Positions 1-13,261 of a stretch of DNA of 64,000 nucleotides are shown in pieces (positions within the stretch are counted from its first letter, which is position 1; each line of letters begins with the position of its first letter). Both the position numbers and the translations under genes were made by a program. A model generated the notes under the pieces. The model saw only the letters and a list, made by a program, of their open reading frames with translations. It did no database searches and had not been told where the DNA came from. Source of the stretch: Eledone cirrhosa (taxonomy: Eukaryota); assembly GCA_964016885.1 (NCBI GenBank), contig OZ024750.1, positions 3,472,001 through 3,536,000 of the forward strand. The letters are read 5' to 3'.

Positions 1-304
1 AATAAAATAGATAAGAGATGACAAACTTAAATACACTCATCTGTTTTTAGACCACCTGTGGTTTCAATAATTTAACTAAGAAGCAGAGTATTCCATAAAT
101 ACCTGTAATATCTGTACACTTAACATAATGCTCAGTAATGTATCAATGTGACACTTTACCTGACAAGGTTGGATTTTTCAACACAGGTATTCTCCATCCA
201 ACAGGCTTTTAGTCATCATCAATCTCTATAAAACTTTCTCATATAACTTAAAGCTACAATTCAGTAAAAACAAATCTTTTGTAATATTTGTTGCAACTGT
301 TTGC

Positions 305-718
305 ATTCTGAGTTCAAATCCCACCAAAGTCGATAAAAGTATCAGTCAAGTGGTATTTGTTTTAACTCTCAGTTCTGAGTTCAAATCCTGCCAATGTTAA
401 CTTTGCCTTTCATCCTTCTGAGGTTGATAAAATAAAGTACCAGTAATGTACTGAGTTTGATACAATCAACTTTCTTCTTACCCTTCAAATTGCTGGCCTT
501 GGGACAAAAGTGGAAGCCATTATTATGGATTGGCAGAATCAGTAGAGCGTCAGACAGAATACTTTGTAGCATGTTTTTGCTCTTTATTTTGTGAGTTCAA
601 ATCCCACTGAGGTTAATGAAATACTAGTCTACCAGTCAACTACTAGGGTTAGGGTTATAATCAACTTTTCCCCCCCCTAAAAGTACTGGTCTTGTGCCAA
701 AATTTGAAACCGTTATCA
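305..718 (+). mobile_element. Head-to-tail cluster of decayed SINE copies
   Basis: Three GAGTTCAAATCC B-boxes with central domain and tail pieces. Similar partial copies at ~9925, 14315, 16040, 18783, 23105, 24355, 41125, 49930 and 59800. Confidence 0.75.
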
Positions 719-2106
719 TACGATAAACATTGTTTTATAATATAATATAAATGTTACATATTCTTGAACAACAGTAGCGTTTATAAATAGGTAGGAAAAG
801 ATGAAATAAATAAAAATAATGGAGAACTATGTTAATTGGATATTCTAAATATATATACCTGTAGCCTTTAACCATTAAACGAGGAAGGTGAAAAATTACT
901 AGTAATAATTTTAGCCTTTTGACATTCATTTTAAGCTATAGAAGCTTCTAGCTTATCTGAAGTGGGGAAGATATACACATGTACGGCCTCAACAAAGTTA
1001 ATGGCTGCAATGTATATTACTAGTTACTAAATTAATTTCACTCATCCTTGAGAATAGATGAAATTTTTTTCAGTTTGTGGTAATAACTACAAAGTTTCTT
1101 TAAGAGCGAGATATGTAATGTTTAAATATATATATATTTTTTACCGTGAGCTGTCTAGCAGTGGAGTTATGCTAAAGTCATAACCAAATTATTGATTATG
1201 ATTTACCTAACTCTATATATGTAGTGAGGTATAAACATTTGATTTATAGAAATATATACAACTTTTGCTGAATATCAACATTGTGCAGGATTTATGCTGT
1301 ATTTTATATATTTTGAGAGAGAGGGAGAAAAAGAAATCCTGTGATAATGTTTCATCCATGGAAATTTGTGTCTAATATCTCGCTGTTATGAGTCAGCTAG
1401 GTTAAACATACTAGCTTTAGTTCACAGTGAAAAGTTTTATCAATAATATACATAATTCAAAATGCAATATTTTTATACATCATCAAATAAACAGAACTTA
1501 TACGATATTCCGTCACACATTTTAAACTGTTATATATATATCTGTATATCAACTTAAATGTCTCACCAGCTAAGCTTAAACATTTCAGATAAGTTATCTC
1601 AATTTTCAAAATGTTTTGTCCAATAACTTCTTTATTATTATTCATATCTTTCTTCCAAATACATTTTTCATTGGATTATAATTTTCTTTGAAATGTTTTT
1701 GTATTCCGATTTGTGAATAACAAATAAGGCATATTTTTTTTTTATAAATATATATTTTAATATTTTACATATTTTTTTAATTCAATAAACTTATTGTTCA
1801 GCCTCTCTATCTGCCAAAAAAAACTTAAGTTGGTCTGTCAACTTCTTGATCAATGATCTATAATATGCAGTCCATAAATTTTTCCTTATTTCACTAAAAT
1901 GCAATATTTCACATTATTTATGTTCAGTTCCATTAACAAAACTAACATCACAAAACATCACATGGTGAAAAGGATAAACTGAAATCAAATAAACAACAAC
2001 AACAACAACCACAGCAGCAGCAACAACAGTAACAACAACAACAACAACAACAACAACTAGCAGAATTGTAACATTATCTGTGTAGAAATAAATGTGTCAA
2101 TAGAAC

Positions 2107-2150
<44 letters not shown>

Positions 2151-2521
2151 ATATATCAATTATAACATACATATGGATGCATATATAAACATACAGAAGC
2201 ACGTACATATACTCACACAGTATATATGAATGTAAATTATACATATACATACATAGACAAGTGCACACGGTGTGTATGTGTGTGTATATGTGTGTGCTAG
2301 CAGGGAAATGACATATGATGATGATGATGATGTGCATATAAATGTGTATGTGTGTATAAGTGTAATTGTGTGTGAAAACATTGGGGGGGGGGGGGATATA
2401 TGCAAATCTGTATAAGTGTGTAAATAAGACAAAAAGAAGGACGGAAAAAAATCTAAAGAATATATATATATATATATTCTTATTTACACACTTATACACA
2501 TATACATATATATATATATAT

Positions 2522-2742
2522 ATAGGAAAAAGTATGACCCCGACGGCAGAGCTGAAGCCGTTTCGAATTTTTAGCCTGGTGATTCACCAGGCTAAAAATT
2601 CTAATTTAGTCCAGAAATAGCCGTCGAAACGGCTTGAGCTCTGCCGTCGGGGTCATACTGTTTCCTATTTCCCACTCTACTACCCTAAGTATTGAGTACT
2701 CTGGTGCGTTATGGTCCATCTGGTTCCTTACCACATTTCCTT

Positions 2743-2748
<6 letters not shown>
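2522..2748 (+). mobile_element. Fold-back element in (TA)n: long inverted repeat plus ~80 nt unique tail
   Basis: Arm ATAGGAAAAAGTATGACCCCGACGGCAGAGC has its reverse complement ending at 2668; inner perfect 18-bp palindrome at 2565-2601; tail shared with the 20662 and 43711 copies. Confidence 0.8.
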
Positions 2749-2784
<36 letters not shown>

Positions 2785-3192
2785 GCCAAGAGAGAGAGAG
2801 AGAAAGGTGTTTGTATATAAAATATAAGTTTATCATTCTTGAGAACAATAACCCTATTGTGTATTTTAGAATATTTATTAATAAAACCATTGTTAAACTA
2901 ATAATATACGATTGAAACAAATTATTTCTACTCGATATAGTCAGAAGTTTGTTGTTTCACCTTTGCTAGGTATTGTATCATCTTGCTTAGTTATTGATTT
3001 TAAATTGCATTTTTGTTAGGATTATATCTCAATATATGAAGACAAACAAAGCCATAAAAAGAAGAGCAAATATTAGAGAGACAAAGTATTATATGCTAAC
3101 ATATTATTCATAGCTATCATAGATATCTATGCAAATATTACTGTCATCTTTTATTTGTTATGTTAGTTTGTCCCAAAATATCTGACTGAGAC

Positions 3193-3239
<47 letters not shown>

Positions 3240-3644
3240 TGTTTTAAGTATGACTTGTTTTTTTTCTCTCGCTATTAATATGTGTGTATGTATATACATA
3301 TATATATGTGTGCGTGTGTATACATATATATGTATGTATATATGTGTGTGTAAGTATATATGTGTGTGTGTGTGTGTGTGTACATATATGTATATATACA
3401 TGTATTATATGTATATATATATGTGTATATACACATATGTGTGTGTATATGTGTGTGTGTGCATGTATGTTTGTCAAAGTTCATTTCACTTCTGTAATTT
3501 GCATTTCATGTTAGATGTATGGGGAGGGATGTTTGAAAAATCTATTAATAATTGTAGACTGTAGTATTAAAGTCTTAGACAATCGGCTACCCAGAGCTAT
3601 GATGACACAGCAGAACTGGGTGTGTGGGGAGGGGGAGAGAGGGG

Positions 3645-4075
3645 AGTGTGGGTGTGTGTGGTGTGTGGTGTGTGGTGTGTGGTGTGTGTGGTGTGTGTGT
3701 TGTGTGTGTGTTGTGTGTGTTGTGTGTGTGTTGTGTGTGTTGTGTGGTGTGTTGTGTGTGTTGTGTGTGTTGTGTGTGTTGTGTGTGTTGTGTGTGTGTT
3801 GTGTGTGTTGTGTGTGTTGTGTGGTGTGTTGTGTGTGTTGTGTGTGTTGTGTGTGTTGTGTGTGTTGTGTGTGTGTTGTGTGTGTTGTGTGTGTTGTGTG
3901 GTGTGTTGTGTGTGTTGTGTGGTGTGTTGTGTGTGTGTTGTGTGTGTTGTGTGGTGTGGTGTGTGTGTGGTGTGTGTGTGTGTGGTGTGGTGTGTGGTGT
4001 GGTGTGGGGTGTGTGTGGTGTGTGGTGTGTGTGGTGTGTGGTGTGTGGTGTGTGGTGTGTGGTGTGTGTGTGTGT
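3645..4075. repeat. GT-rich compound microsatellite
   Basis: (GTTGTGTGT)n/(GTGGTGT)n. Confidence 0.95.
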
Positions 4076-4850
4076 ATTCTATGGAACTGAAACCATAAAA
4101 TAAATAGAAAGATGAATGTGTATGTATTAAGGGAGTATACTCATATTCTATGCATACATATATATATACATACATATATTACAGTACATACATACATACA
4201 TATATTACATGTATGTATGTGAATCCCTGCCGCAGTGTGAATGTTTGGTCAGCTGCGCTGCATCCGGGCCAAACACTGGACTGATCATCAGCTATCTTGT
4301 ACTCGACAATCTCCCTGCATCTCTTTGCCAGACACTTAACAGACTTTACTGGGGAGACTAAACAAGGATATCCCTCTGTAGTTGGAACAATATCTCAAGT
4401 TGGTATCAAAAGGGTTAATGGTTTGGCCAAACATTTTCTAGATTTTTCCTGAGCTTCAGTCTGATTTATTTATCACCCTACATTAATATTTTCTCATCTC
4501 AACTTTAATATATATTCTTTAGACATTTTTTTATCCTTGTGATTCTTCTGGTTTCAATGTTGGCACTAAAGATGAACAAGAAACTTACCTTCTCTGCCAA
4601 CAAAGGATTTCTATTTCCAGACACAAACAGAAGGTAGGGATGGGCACAGTAAAGAAAATATGTCTAATTCTTTTTATTATTTTTTTTATACAAAGCCAGA
4701 GATTAGTAGGGAAAAGTACAGTTAATTGACATTGACTAACAATGTGGATGTACTTTAGTCAATACTGTTAGGTATTTCAACCAGTGCAAAACACTGACTA
4801 AGATTACTAACACTAATTTTATCAACCTCCAGAGGGATGAAAAGCAAAGT

Positions 4851-5793
4851 TGACTCCACCCCACAGCCGACCCCACCGCAGCCGATCCCACCGCACCCGA
4901 CCCCACCGCAGCCGACCCCACCACACCCGACTCCACCACACCCGACTCCACCACACCCGACTCCACCATACCCGACCCCACCGCAGCCGACCCCACCACA
5001 CCCGACTCCACCATACCCGACTCCACCACACCCGACTCCACCATACCTGACTCCACCGCACCCGACTCCACCACACCTGACTCCACCGCACCCGACTCCA
5101 CCACACCTGACTCCACCACACCTGACTCCACCACACCTGACTCCACCACACCTGACTCCACCGTACCTGACTCCACCATACCTGACTCCACCGCACCCGA
5201 CTCCACCACACCTGACTCCACCGCACCCGACTCCACCACACCTGACTCCACCACACCTGACTCCACCGCACCCGACTCCACCACACCTGACTCCACCACA
5301 CCTGACTCCACCACACCTGACTCCACCACACCTGACTCCACCGTACCTGACTCCACCATACCTGACTCCACCGCACCCGACTCCACCACACCTGACTCCA
5401 CCGCACCCGACTCCACCACACCTGACTCCACCACACCTGACTCCACCACACCTGACTCCACCACACCTGACTCCACCGTACCTGACTCCACCACACCTGA
5501 CTCCACCACACCTGACTCCTCCATACCTGACTCCACCGCACCCGACTCCACCACACCTGACTCCACCACACCTGACTCCACCGTACCTGACTCCACCATA
5601 CCTGACTCCACCGCACCCGACTCCACCACACCTGACTCCACCACACCCGACTCCACCACACCTGACTCCACCGTACCTGACTCCACCGTACCTGACTCCA
5701 CCATACCTGACTCCACCGCACCCGACTCCACCACACCTGACTCCACCGTACCCGACTCCACCGTACCTGACTCCACCGTACCTGACTCCACCA
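4851..5793. repeat. 15-bp minisatellite (CCACACCTGACTCCA)n, ~63 units
   Basis: Direct inspection; the variant pattern repeats at a 180-bp period (5101-5280 vs 5281-5460). Confidence 0.97.
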
Positions 5794-5873
5794 TAGTCAA
5801 TATATTGTTATGTTAAACAACTCAACATTGCCACTGCTTACTTCTCAGATGAGAAAAACACCTCAGTAATAAC

Positions 5874-6061
5874 AATAATTGTTTTTACTTTTGGCATAAG
5901 GCCAGCAATTACCCAGTGCATTACTGGTACTTTATTTTATCGACCTCATAAGGATGAAAGGCAAAGTAAACCTCGGCAGGATTTGAACTCAGAATGGCAA
6001 GGACCGTAACTTTGTGTCAAAGCATGGCGTCCGACCCTCTACCGATACTGCCAATCCACCC
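5874..6061 (-). mobile_element. tRNA-derived SINE, full length, short-tail form
   Basis: A-box-like TGGCAGTATCGG, B-box GAGTTCAAATCC, central TTTGCCTTTCATCCTT..GTCGATAAAATAAAGTACCAG and an (ATT)n-like tail; many copies in the window. Confidence 0.9.
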
Positions 6062-7907
6062 TTAGTATAATAATAATTATAATATAGAGTGAAAGTATGT
6101 ATAAAGGAGCCACTACCACCAGGCACCAGCGATAAGGAGAGAAAATAGTGAGATAAAAGTTATACAAATATTTGTTAGAAAAGTATTTTGAAGGATATTG
6201 TGTTGAGTGGCGATAACAAAGGATATAGAATATAGTGAGATAAGTACCTAAGTTGGTCAAAATAAGAGACATCAAGTTTTCAGATAAGAATGGTATTGAT
6301 TTTCACCAGGGTGGATGGTGAGGTGGGTGATTGTGTGATTGAATAAGTAGGTGATTGGGTAGGTGGGTGATTGGGTAAGGGGGTGATTGGGTAAGGGGGT
6401 GATTGGGTGTTGAAACTGCTGACCATGTCTTTGCTTATTGATAAAAATTATCTGCTATATATATGTGTGTGTGAGTGTGATGTCTATTTGTATAAGTGAA
6501 TATCTCTCACATATACACACACACACACACATATATACACACACATATATACACACACATACACATACACATATACACACACATATATACACACACATAC
6601 ACATACACATATACACACACATATACACACACACATACATACACAGATACATATATGCATACAAAAAGCATATATGTATCTATGTGTATGTATGTATGTA
6701 TATATGTGTGTGTGTGAGTATATATATATATATATATATACATAGACAGAGAGCGATAGATACATACATCATATGTATATATATCACACACATACATACA
6801 AATAACTATATATACACATGTATAATAAATATAAGTGTGTGTGAATGTATGTATATATGCATGTATGTATATATGTATGTATATATGTATGTATATATGT
6901 ATGTATATATGTATGTATATATGTATATATGAGAAAGAGAATAAAACAAGGTGGGGTGAAATAGAAGGGGGAGGGGTGAAATAAAAGGAGGGGGAGGGGT
7001 GAAATAAAAGGAGGGGGGGGGTGAAATAAAAGGAGGGGGAGGGGTGAAATAAAAGGAGAGGGGGTGATAGAAAGTAAACATTATTGAAAGGAAATGAAGA
7101 GTAAAGAGAAACTAAGGAATGTTGATGGAGGTAATATAAAACCTGAGAATGACCTCAAGTACTTTTATATATATATATATACATATATACACAAATATAT
7201 ATGTGTGTGTGTATATATATATATATACATATGTGTATATATATATATACATATGTGTGTGTATATATATATATGTGTGTGTATATATATACATATGTGT
7301 GTGTATATATATATACATGTGTGTATATATATACATGTGTGTGTGTGTATATATATACATGTGTGTGTGTATATATACATGTGTGTGTGTATATACATGT
7401 GTGTGTGTATATACATGTGTGTGTGTATATATACATGTGTGTGTATATATATACATGTGTGTGTATATATACACACACCACCTACATGTATACATTATAG
7501 GCTGAACTTTTGGAAAGTGAGGCGATTTGAGAGATGTCAATTGATATATATCACCTTAACCTTCTTATTTGTTTGTAGATATGGCGAGAGTCATCTTAAA
7601 ATTGAATCAAATTATCATTTAGTTCTCCTTACAATGGTTGATTCACCTTATTACAGATGATAGTTGTTTGAGCTGTCATCACACAAGTGAGAAAAGTGAG
7701 AGAAATTATTTGCCAGGCTAACTAAAAGCAAAAACTCATCTCTTCTTTCTTTATTAACATTAAAAGAAAAACAATTTGACATTTGAGAGATTTTGGTTAT
7801 GTGACTTCAGTTATAAGTTTCTCTACTGAGTCTACTGGACAGGAAATTTTCTATACTCTTATCTAGAATAGACTTTGACAGATAAACAGAAAAAAAAAAA
7901 TGTTTCT

Positions 7908-8207
7908 TTTTCTTCGCCCACTTATTCCTGAGAGGGTCATGGAGCCAGAGTCCTCAAACACTCCTTCAAGCAAGTCCTGTCAGAAGCAACTGTCCCCAAC
8001 CGATCTGGCTGGATCCCCAAGCAAGACCAGCCAAGCTCATGGATGTTATCCAATCATCTTGCTCGAGGTCTACTCCTGGGTCTCCTGCCGGTTGATTTTG
8101 CCCGTAAAATCTGTCCAGCGATTCTTTCCGGAGACATTCTAACCACATGTCCATAGTATCGGAGCTGTGATCTCTCAATCTGGAGAAGTAGCAGCTCTAC
8201 CTGGAGT
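7908..8207 (-). mobile_element. 3' fragment of an Expander/Rex3-type RTE LINE
   Basis: Minus frame reads roughly LQVELLLLQIERSQLRYYGHVVRMSPERIAGQILRAKSTGRRPRSRPRAR; (GAA)n-type tail. Confidence 0.75.
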
Positions 8208-8254
8208 AAATCTTTGAGCTATGCACAACACATGTCAAGACAGGCCCTCATCTC

Positions 8255-8450
8255 CATCAATGAAAGACAACCCAGCATGTGACTGTGGGAACCCTGACCA
8301 GACAGTGCTGCATGTTGTTCGGGATTGCTCCCTTCAGACATTTTCCCTGTGGCCTGGAAGTAATCCATATTACTACAAATGACATCTTAATCAGACTCAC
8401 CAATCTCGATCTGTCTCTAACTATTATACATATGTCATACAAGAAGTAGA
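8255..8450 (+). mobile_element. 3' relic of an Ingi/Vingi-like LINE
   Basis: MKDNPACDCGNPDQTVLHVVRDC zinc knuckle, then CATACAAGAAG end. Confidence 0.5.
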
Positions 8451-8755
8451 ATACTTTACTGCAGTGATTCCCAACAGGGGGCTCATGCCCCACAACAGAG
8501 CAATTTGAATATTTAAAGAGAGCAATTTGAAAATGATGTCTTTATCTTATTACTTTTACACCAAGGCAAGTTTGGTAGACATTACTGTTGGAAGATATTC
8601 CCGTCTCACCTCCTCCACACATGTTTCTCTGTAGAGGAACATAAAGGAACCACAGTTAAATAAAGTACTCAATACATGTATGTATTATGTTATGTATGCA
8701 CACAAGGCACAAATATTTTTAATTATAATCATACACGCTTATATCTAATAGCTAC

Positions 8756-8866
8756 ATCAGTTCCAGTATGAGCAAGGCATAGTCAGCCGACCGGCTACTA
8801 CCCACAACAGGACAACCCGTCTAACCCATGCTAGCGTGGAAGAATGGACGTAAAACGGTGATGATG
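8756..8866 (+). mobile_element. Severely truncated copy of the RTE 3' end
   Basis: Nearly identical to the last ~110 nt of the 52869 LINE. Related tails at 10873, 22322, 27373, 34295, 40170, 42735, 49755, 50184, 56130 and 62713. Confidence 0.85.
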
Positions 8867-8986
8867 ATATATATATATGCTCATTTATCTATGAGCATAA
8901 GGTACATAGATATTTAATTATATACATACATGCATGTCTAGTTGCAAAATGTATATATCATGAGAAATATATGTATACTATAGGTG

Positions 8987-9024
<38 letters not shown>

Positions 9025-9077
9025 TAACAGATTAAAGTTTAAGCAAAGAATCACTGCTTTCACCCTTAACGGGATCT

Positions 9078-9126
<49 letters not shown>

Positions 9127-9440
9127 GACATGCAGTATATGTAATTAGAACTATATATACACACTGATAGAAATAAAATCCGTATTGATAATACATCTTC
9201 ATGCCATTCTTCATGTCGTTACACCTTGGGTTGAAATAGAAGAGAAGAAGAAGAGTGGGTTATTTTATTTTTAACTTGTTTGTAGCCTGCAGCTTTACAC
9301 TTGTTAGGTGCAGCGGTGTATATAGTCATGCATTGCAGAACAAAAGGAATACACATGTAGCAGGCTCAAATGTGCATACAAATGTGGGGGGGGGGGGGGG
9401 GGGGTACGTGTAGGTGTATATCTGAGCCTGTGTAGTGGTG

Positions 9441-9483
<43 letters not shown>

Positions 9484-10150
9484 TGTGTGGTGTGGTGTGT
9501 GTTTGTGTGGTTGTGTGGGGTGTGTGTGTGTGGTGTGTGGATAATTGATTCCTCTCTACAGAGAACTGAAAACGTGACTTCAACAATTTACAACTTCACT
9601 ATTTTGACACTTTCAATGGATTCTACCACTACTACCACCACCACCACCACCACTACTACTACTACTTCTGCTATTACCGCTACTACTACCACCACTACTA
9701 CCGCTACTACTGCTTATTATCATCATTAATAATTATTATTGTTATTACCACTTTTATTACTACTACTACTACTACTAATAGTAGTAGTAGTGGTCGTACT
9801 ACTACTACTAGTAGTAGTAGTACTACTACTACAATTATTGTTACTATTACTTTAATTATTATGATGTAGGCCCTTGTGGCCAATAAAGAAAGAATTATTA
9901 TAAATATTACTACTGCTATTATTAGAGTACCAGTAATGCCCTGGGGTCAATTTAATCGACTTTCTCCTCCCCCAAATTACTGGCATTGTACCAAAAGTAG
10001 AAACAATTATTATTATCATTTATTTATTTCAGTATTTCAGGAGTGTAATTGATGCGGAATAGTTTATCATGGAGAAGACTAACAATTGGAGAGATAGGTG
10101 ACAGTGACTGTAATATATATATTACAGTGTATCTACAGGCTTCTCTTTAG

Positions 10151-10220
<70 letters not shown>

Positions 10221-10370
10221 TGTATGTGATCATATATAGATATGTATGATCACATATAGATCTGAATGTGTGTATATTTGGAAGGATGGATGTGAGCGTG
10301 TGTGCATGCATGCATGTCCATGCACATATGCATGCATGTGTGCATATGAAGGTTTGTTTATTATATAAAT

Positions 10371-10558
10371 ATAATTGTTTCTACTTTAGGCACAAGGCCA
10401 GCAATTACCCAGTACATTACTGGTACTTTATTTTATCGACCCTGTAAGGATGAAAGGCAAAGTTAACCTCGGCGGGATTTGAACTCAGATCATAAAGGGA
10501 CGCAACTCTATGCTTCAAAGTATGGCGTCCGACCCTCTACCGATACTGCCAATCCACC
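10371..10558 (-). mobile_element. tRNA-derived SINE, full length, short-tail form
   Basis: Same family; flanked by a ~24-bp direct repeat ATATGxAGGTTTGTTTATTATATAA. Confidence 0.9.
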
Positions 10559-11788
10559 AATGACCATATATGCAGGTTTGTTTATTATATAATGATTATA
10601 TATGCAGGTTTGCATGTGTTTGAGCGGAGCCTTCAGTTGTGTGAAAGATACCTCTCTAGTGTTGGTCTACATAAGAAATATACTCAGTACATGCTGTAAA
10701 GTTGTTGGTGATAGGAAGGGCATGAAGGTTTGTGAAACAAAGGGTTGGGAGGACCCTTCAGTTTGTGCACTCGATAGAACATGACTGTACGTTAGCAAGA
10801 TGTAGATCCCAACATTTTATATATTCTATATGTATATATTTTATGTGTATATATATATATATATTATATGTATCATCATCATCATTTAACGTCTATCTTC
10901 CACGCTAGTATGGGTTAGATGGGATGGGAATTGTCCCATTTGAGGCAAGATTGGTCGGGTGACTATGTCTCACTCGTATAGGACTATCTGGCAGGTTTTC
11001 TATGGCTGGATACCCTTCCTAACCCCAACCACATTTACATATATATATATTATGTGTATATATATATTTTATATGTATATATATATTTTATATGTATATA
11101 TATATTTTATATGTATATATATATTTTATATGTATATGTATAGATATATATATATATATTTCGTGTGTATATATATGTATAGAATGTGTGTGTGCATGTC
11201 CGTTTTGAACAATAAAAATAAAACAAAAGTTGAAGATAGGTTGTTGACCTCTAAGATTCTGCTCAAACTATTACACTCCTCGCCTAAACTCAGTAAAACC
11301 ATCTCTTCAAGGCCACAAATAGTTCTAACATTATGAGTCCCATCAGAAACAGGTGGAAACCAGTATATAAAGTATATAATAAATTAATAATATATTGCAT
11401 GAATTGCTAAAAAAACAAGCGATTTGAAGCCAAATTTGATGTAATTTTCACAGCAGGACTGTATTGAGTTCGTTCAGCTGCTTCACTCAATGGTGTCTTT
11501 TCTGATTCAAGTCTTCCATGTACAATGTTAATAACTTCACCATTTGTTCCATTAATATACAACAAGAATAACTCATTTCTGTCACACTTATTCTGGTAGC
11601 TTGCTGCATTTAGCATTTTATTAATATTTTCTCTACATTCTTCACAATTACTGATACTATAATGGAAGTTCACAGCCTTAAGAGTAATGGGCCAGTCCTC
11701 ACCACCTTTCATTAAAGTAATTACTTCTTTCTTATTCATATTTGTATCTCATATCCCACAATGGTTCAAGGAAACTACCACACTTTAA

Positions 11789-11989
11789 CCCTTTAGCATT
11801 TACATTACTCTATATTTACTATTATATTTTCATGGCACATAATATCTCACATAATATCGAATCTACGAGATTGATATTTATTTTGAGAACAATACCTTAA
11901 CATCAATATAAGTGGCTGGTTACAGCCAGTTTGAACAGAAAAAGGTGAGAGAATTCAGGCCAGATATGGCCAGCTTAAATGCTAAAGAG
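11789..11989. mobile_element. piggyBac-type MITE (TTAA TSD)
   Basis: TTAA-CCCTTTAGCATTTA ... TAAATGCTAAAGAG-TTAA. Confidence 0.8.
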
Positions 11990-12408
11990 TTAAGGGAGAT
12001 TTCTAGCTGATTAACAATGAGAGACATCCTGAAAGAGGTTGAAATCTAATACAAAAGTCTAAATAGGCCAATAAGTTCAAATAGAATAATTGTAGCTCAT
12101 CATAATAAACTAAATCATAGAATACCATCACATGGCACTGAAGAACCAGTTCTCTCTAACCTTTTGGCATTTCTGATTTACTTTTGAAGCTACAGTTAAT
12201 ATATACACATATATATACAATGATACCAACAGAAATATAAACAGGAACACACACAATCATGTAAATACAATAACATACATATATATATACACGCTGTCAA
12301 TTCATCCATTATGTGTGTGGGTGTGTATGTGTGTGTGTGTAATATATGTATATGAGTGTGTGTAGAGAGAAAGAGCAATATTTACTACACAAATATTTAC
12401 ACACACAC

Positions 12409-12510
12409 AAAGAGTCAGGTACCTGACAGCCGAGCTCTTGCCATTTCAACAGCTCGTCTGGAACTAGTTGTTGAAATGGCAAGAGCTCAGCCGTTGGGTC
12501 CCAACTCTTT
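12409..12510. repeat. Imperfect ~45-bp-arm inverted repeat, distant relative of the fold-back family
   Basis: AAAGAG...GAGCTCTTGCCATTTCAACA paired with TGTTGAAATGGCAAGAGCTC...CTCTTT. Confidence 0.65.
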
Positions 12511-12514
12511 ATTA

Positions 12515-12700
12515 TAGAGGAAGATGTAGTAGAGGAAGACCACGAAAAACAATGGACGGAGGTGGTGAGAAGACCTCAGATCGCTGAAACTCACAGAGGA
12601 GATGACGAAGGACCGTGACAAGTGGAGAGATGCTGTGCTGAATAGGACCTACCCCACCCTTGCAAGCAGAGAAAAGTGGACGTAAAATGATGATGATGAT
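12515..12700 (+). mobile_element. 3' relic of an older RTE LINE with a short 3' UTR
   Basis: Frameshifted RGRPRK.WTEVVR.DLRSLKLTEEMTKDRDKWRDAV matches the C-terminus of the 53165 ORF; ends GGACGTAAAA(TGA)n. Confidence 0.7.
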
Positions 12701-13211
12701 ATATTGGTTGATGATGTGAAGGGCATCCAGTCATAAAATTTGCCTAACAATAAACCAAGATGGCTTCAGTTGTGTATAAGACATGACAACCTCTCTAGTG
12801 TTAGTAGGGGTAAGTACCATGATGGAATACACTCAGTCCACTCTAAAATGTTGGAACATATGTTAGCAAGATACGGCCCCAGGGCAATCTGAGAAGTCAG
12901 TAGCTCCTATTAAGTACTGACTTGGTCTGTGATAACATATACAACTCTTGCTAGCAGAAAAAAAAATGGTGATGATGGTAGTAATGGTTGCAATGATAAT
13001 GGCGATTTTTGTACGTGCATGTACGTATGAGAGAGAGTGTGTGCGTGCGCGTGTGTGTGTTACACATATTTGAGGACAACGCTATCATATTCAGCTTAGC
13101 AGAGGTGGCTAAAAAACAAACACCAAACCCACCACCACCACTAAACTAAAGAACCACAGACCACACACATCATATATCTATATAGAAAAGCAAATAAAAT
13201 AATGTTATAAA

Positions 13212-13261
<50 letters not shown>

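Noticed and set aside
5040-5793. Array of AP-1/ARE sites (TGACTC) as a distal antioxidant enhancer
   Set aside because: The unit reads TGACTCCAC, matching neither TGACTCA nor TGACnnnGC, and lies 46 kb from the gene.
4736-5800. VESG-repeat or extensin-like PTPP proteins
   Set aside because: These are open frames produced by a 15-bp minisatellite; several frames are open and there is no splice or domain context.
6305-7065. G-run repeats (GGGTGATTGGGT, GGGGTGAAATAAAAGGAGG) as functional G-quadruplexes or telomeric sequence
   Set aside because: Not TTAGGG, and there is no evidence of function beyond simple-repeat expansion.
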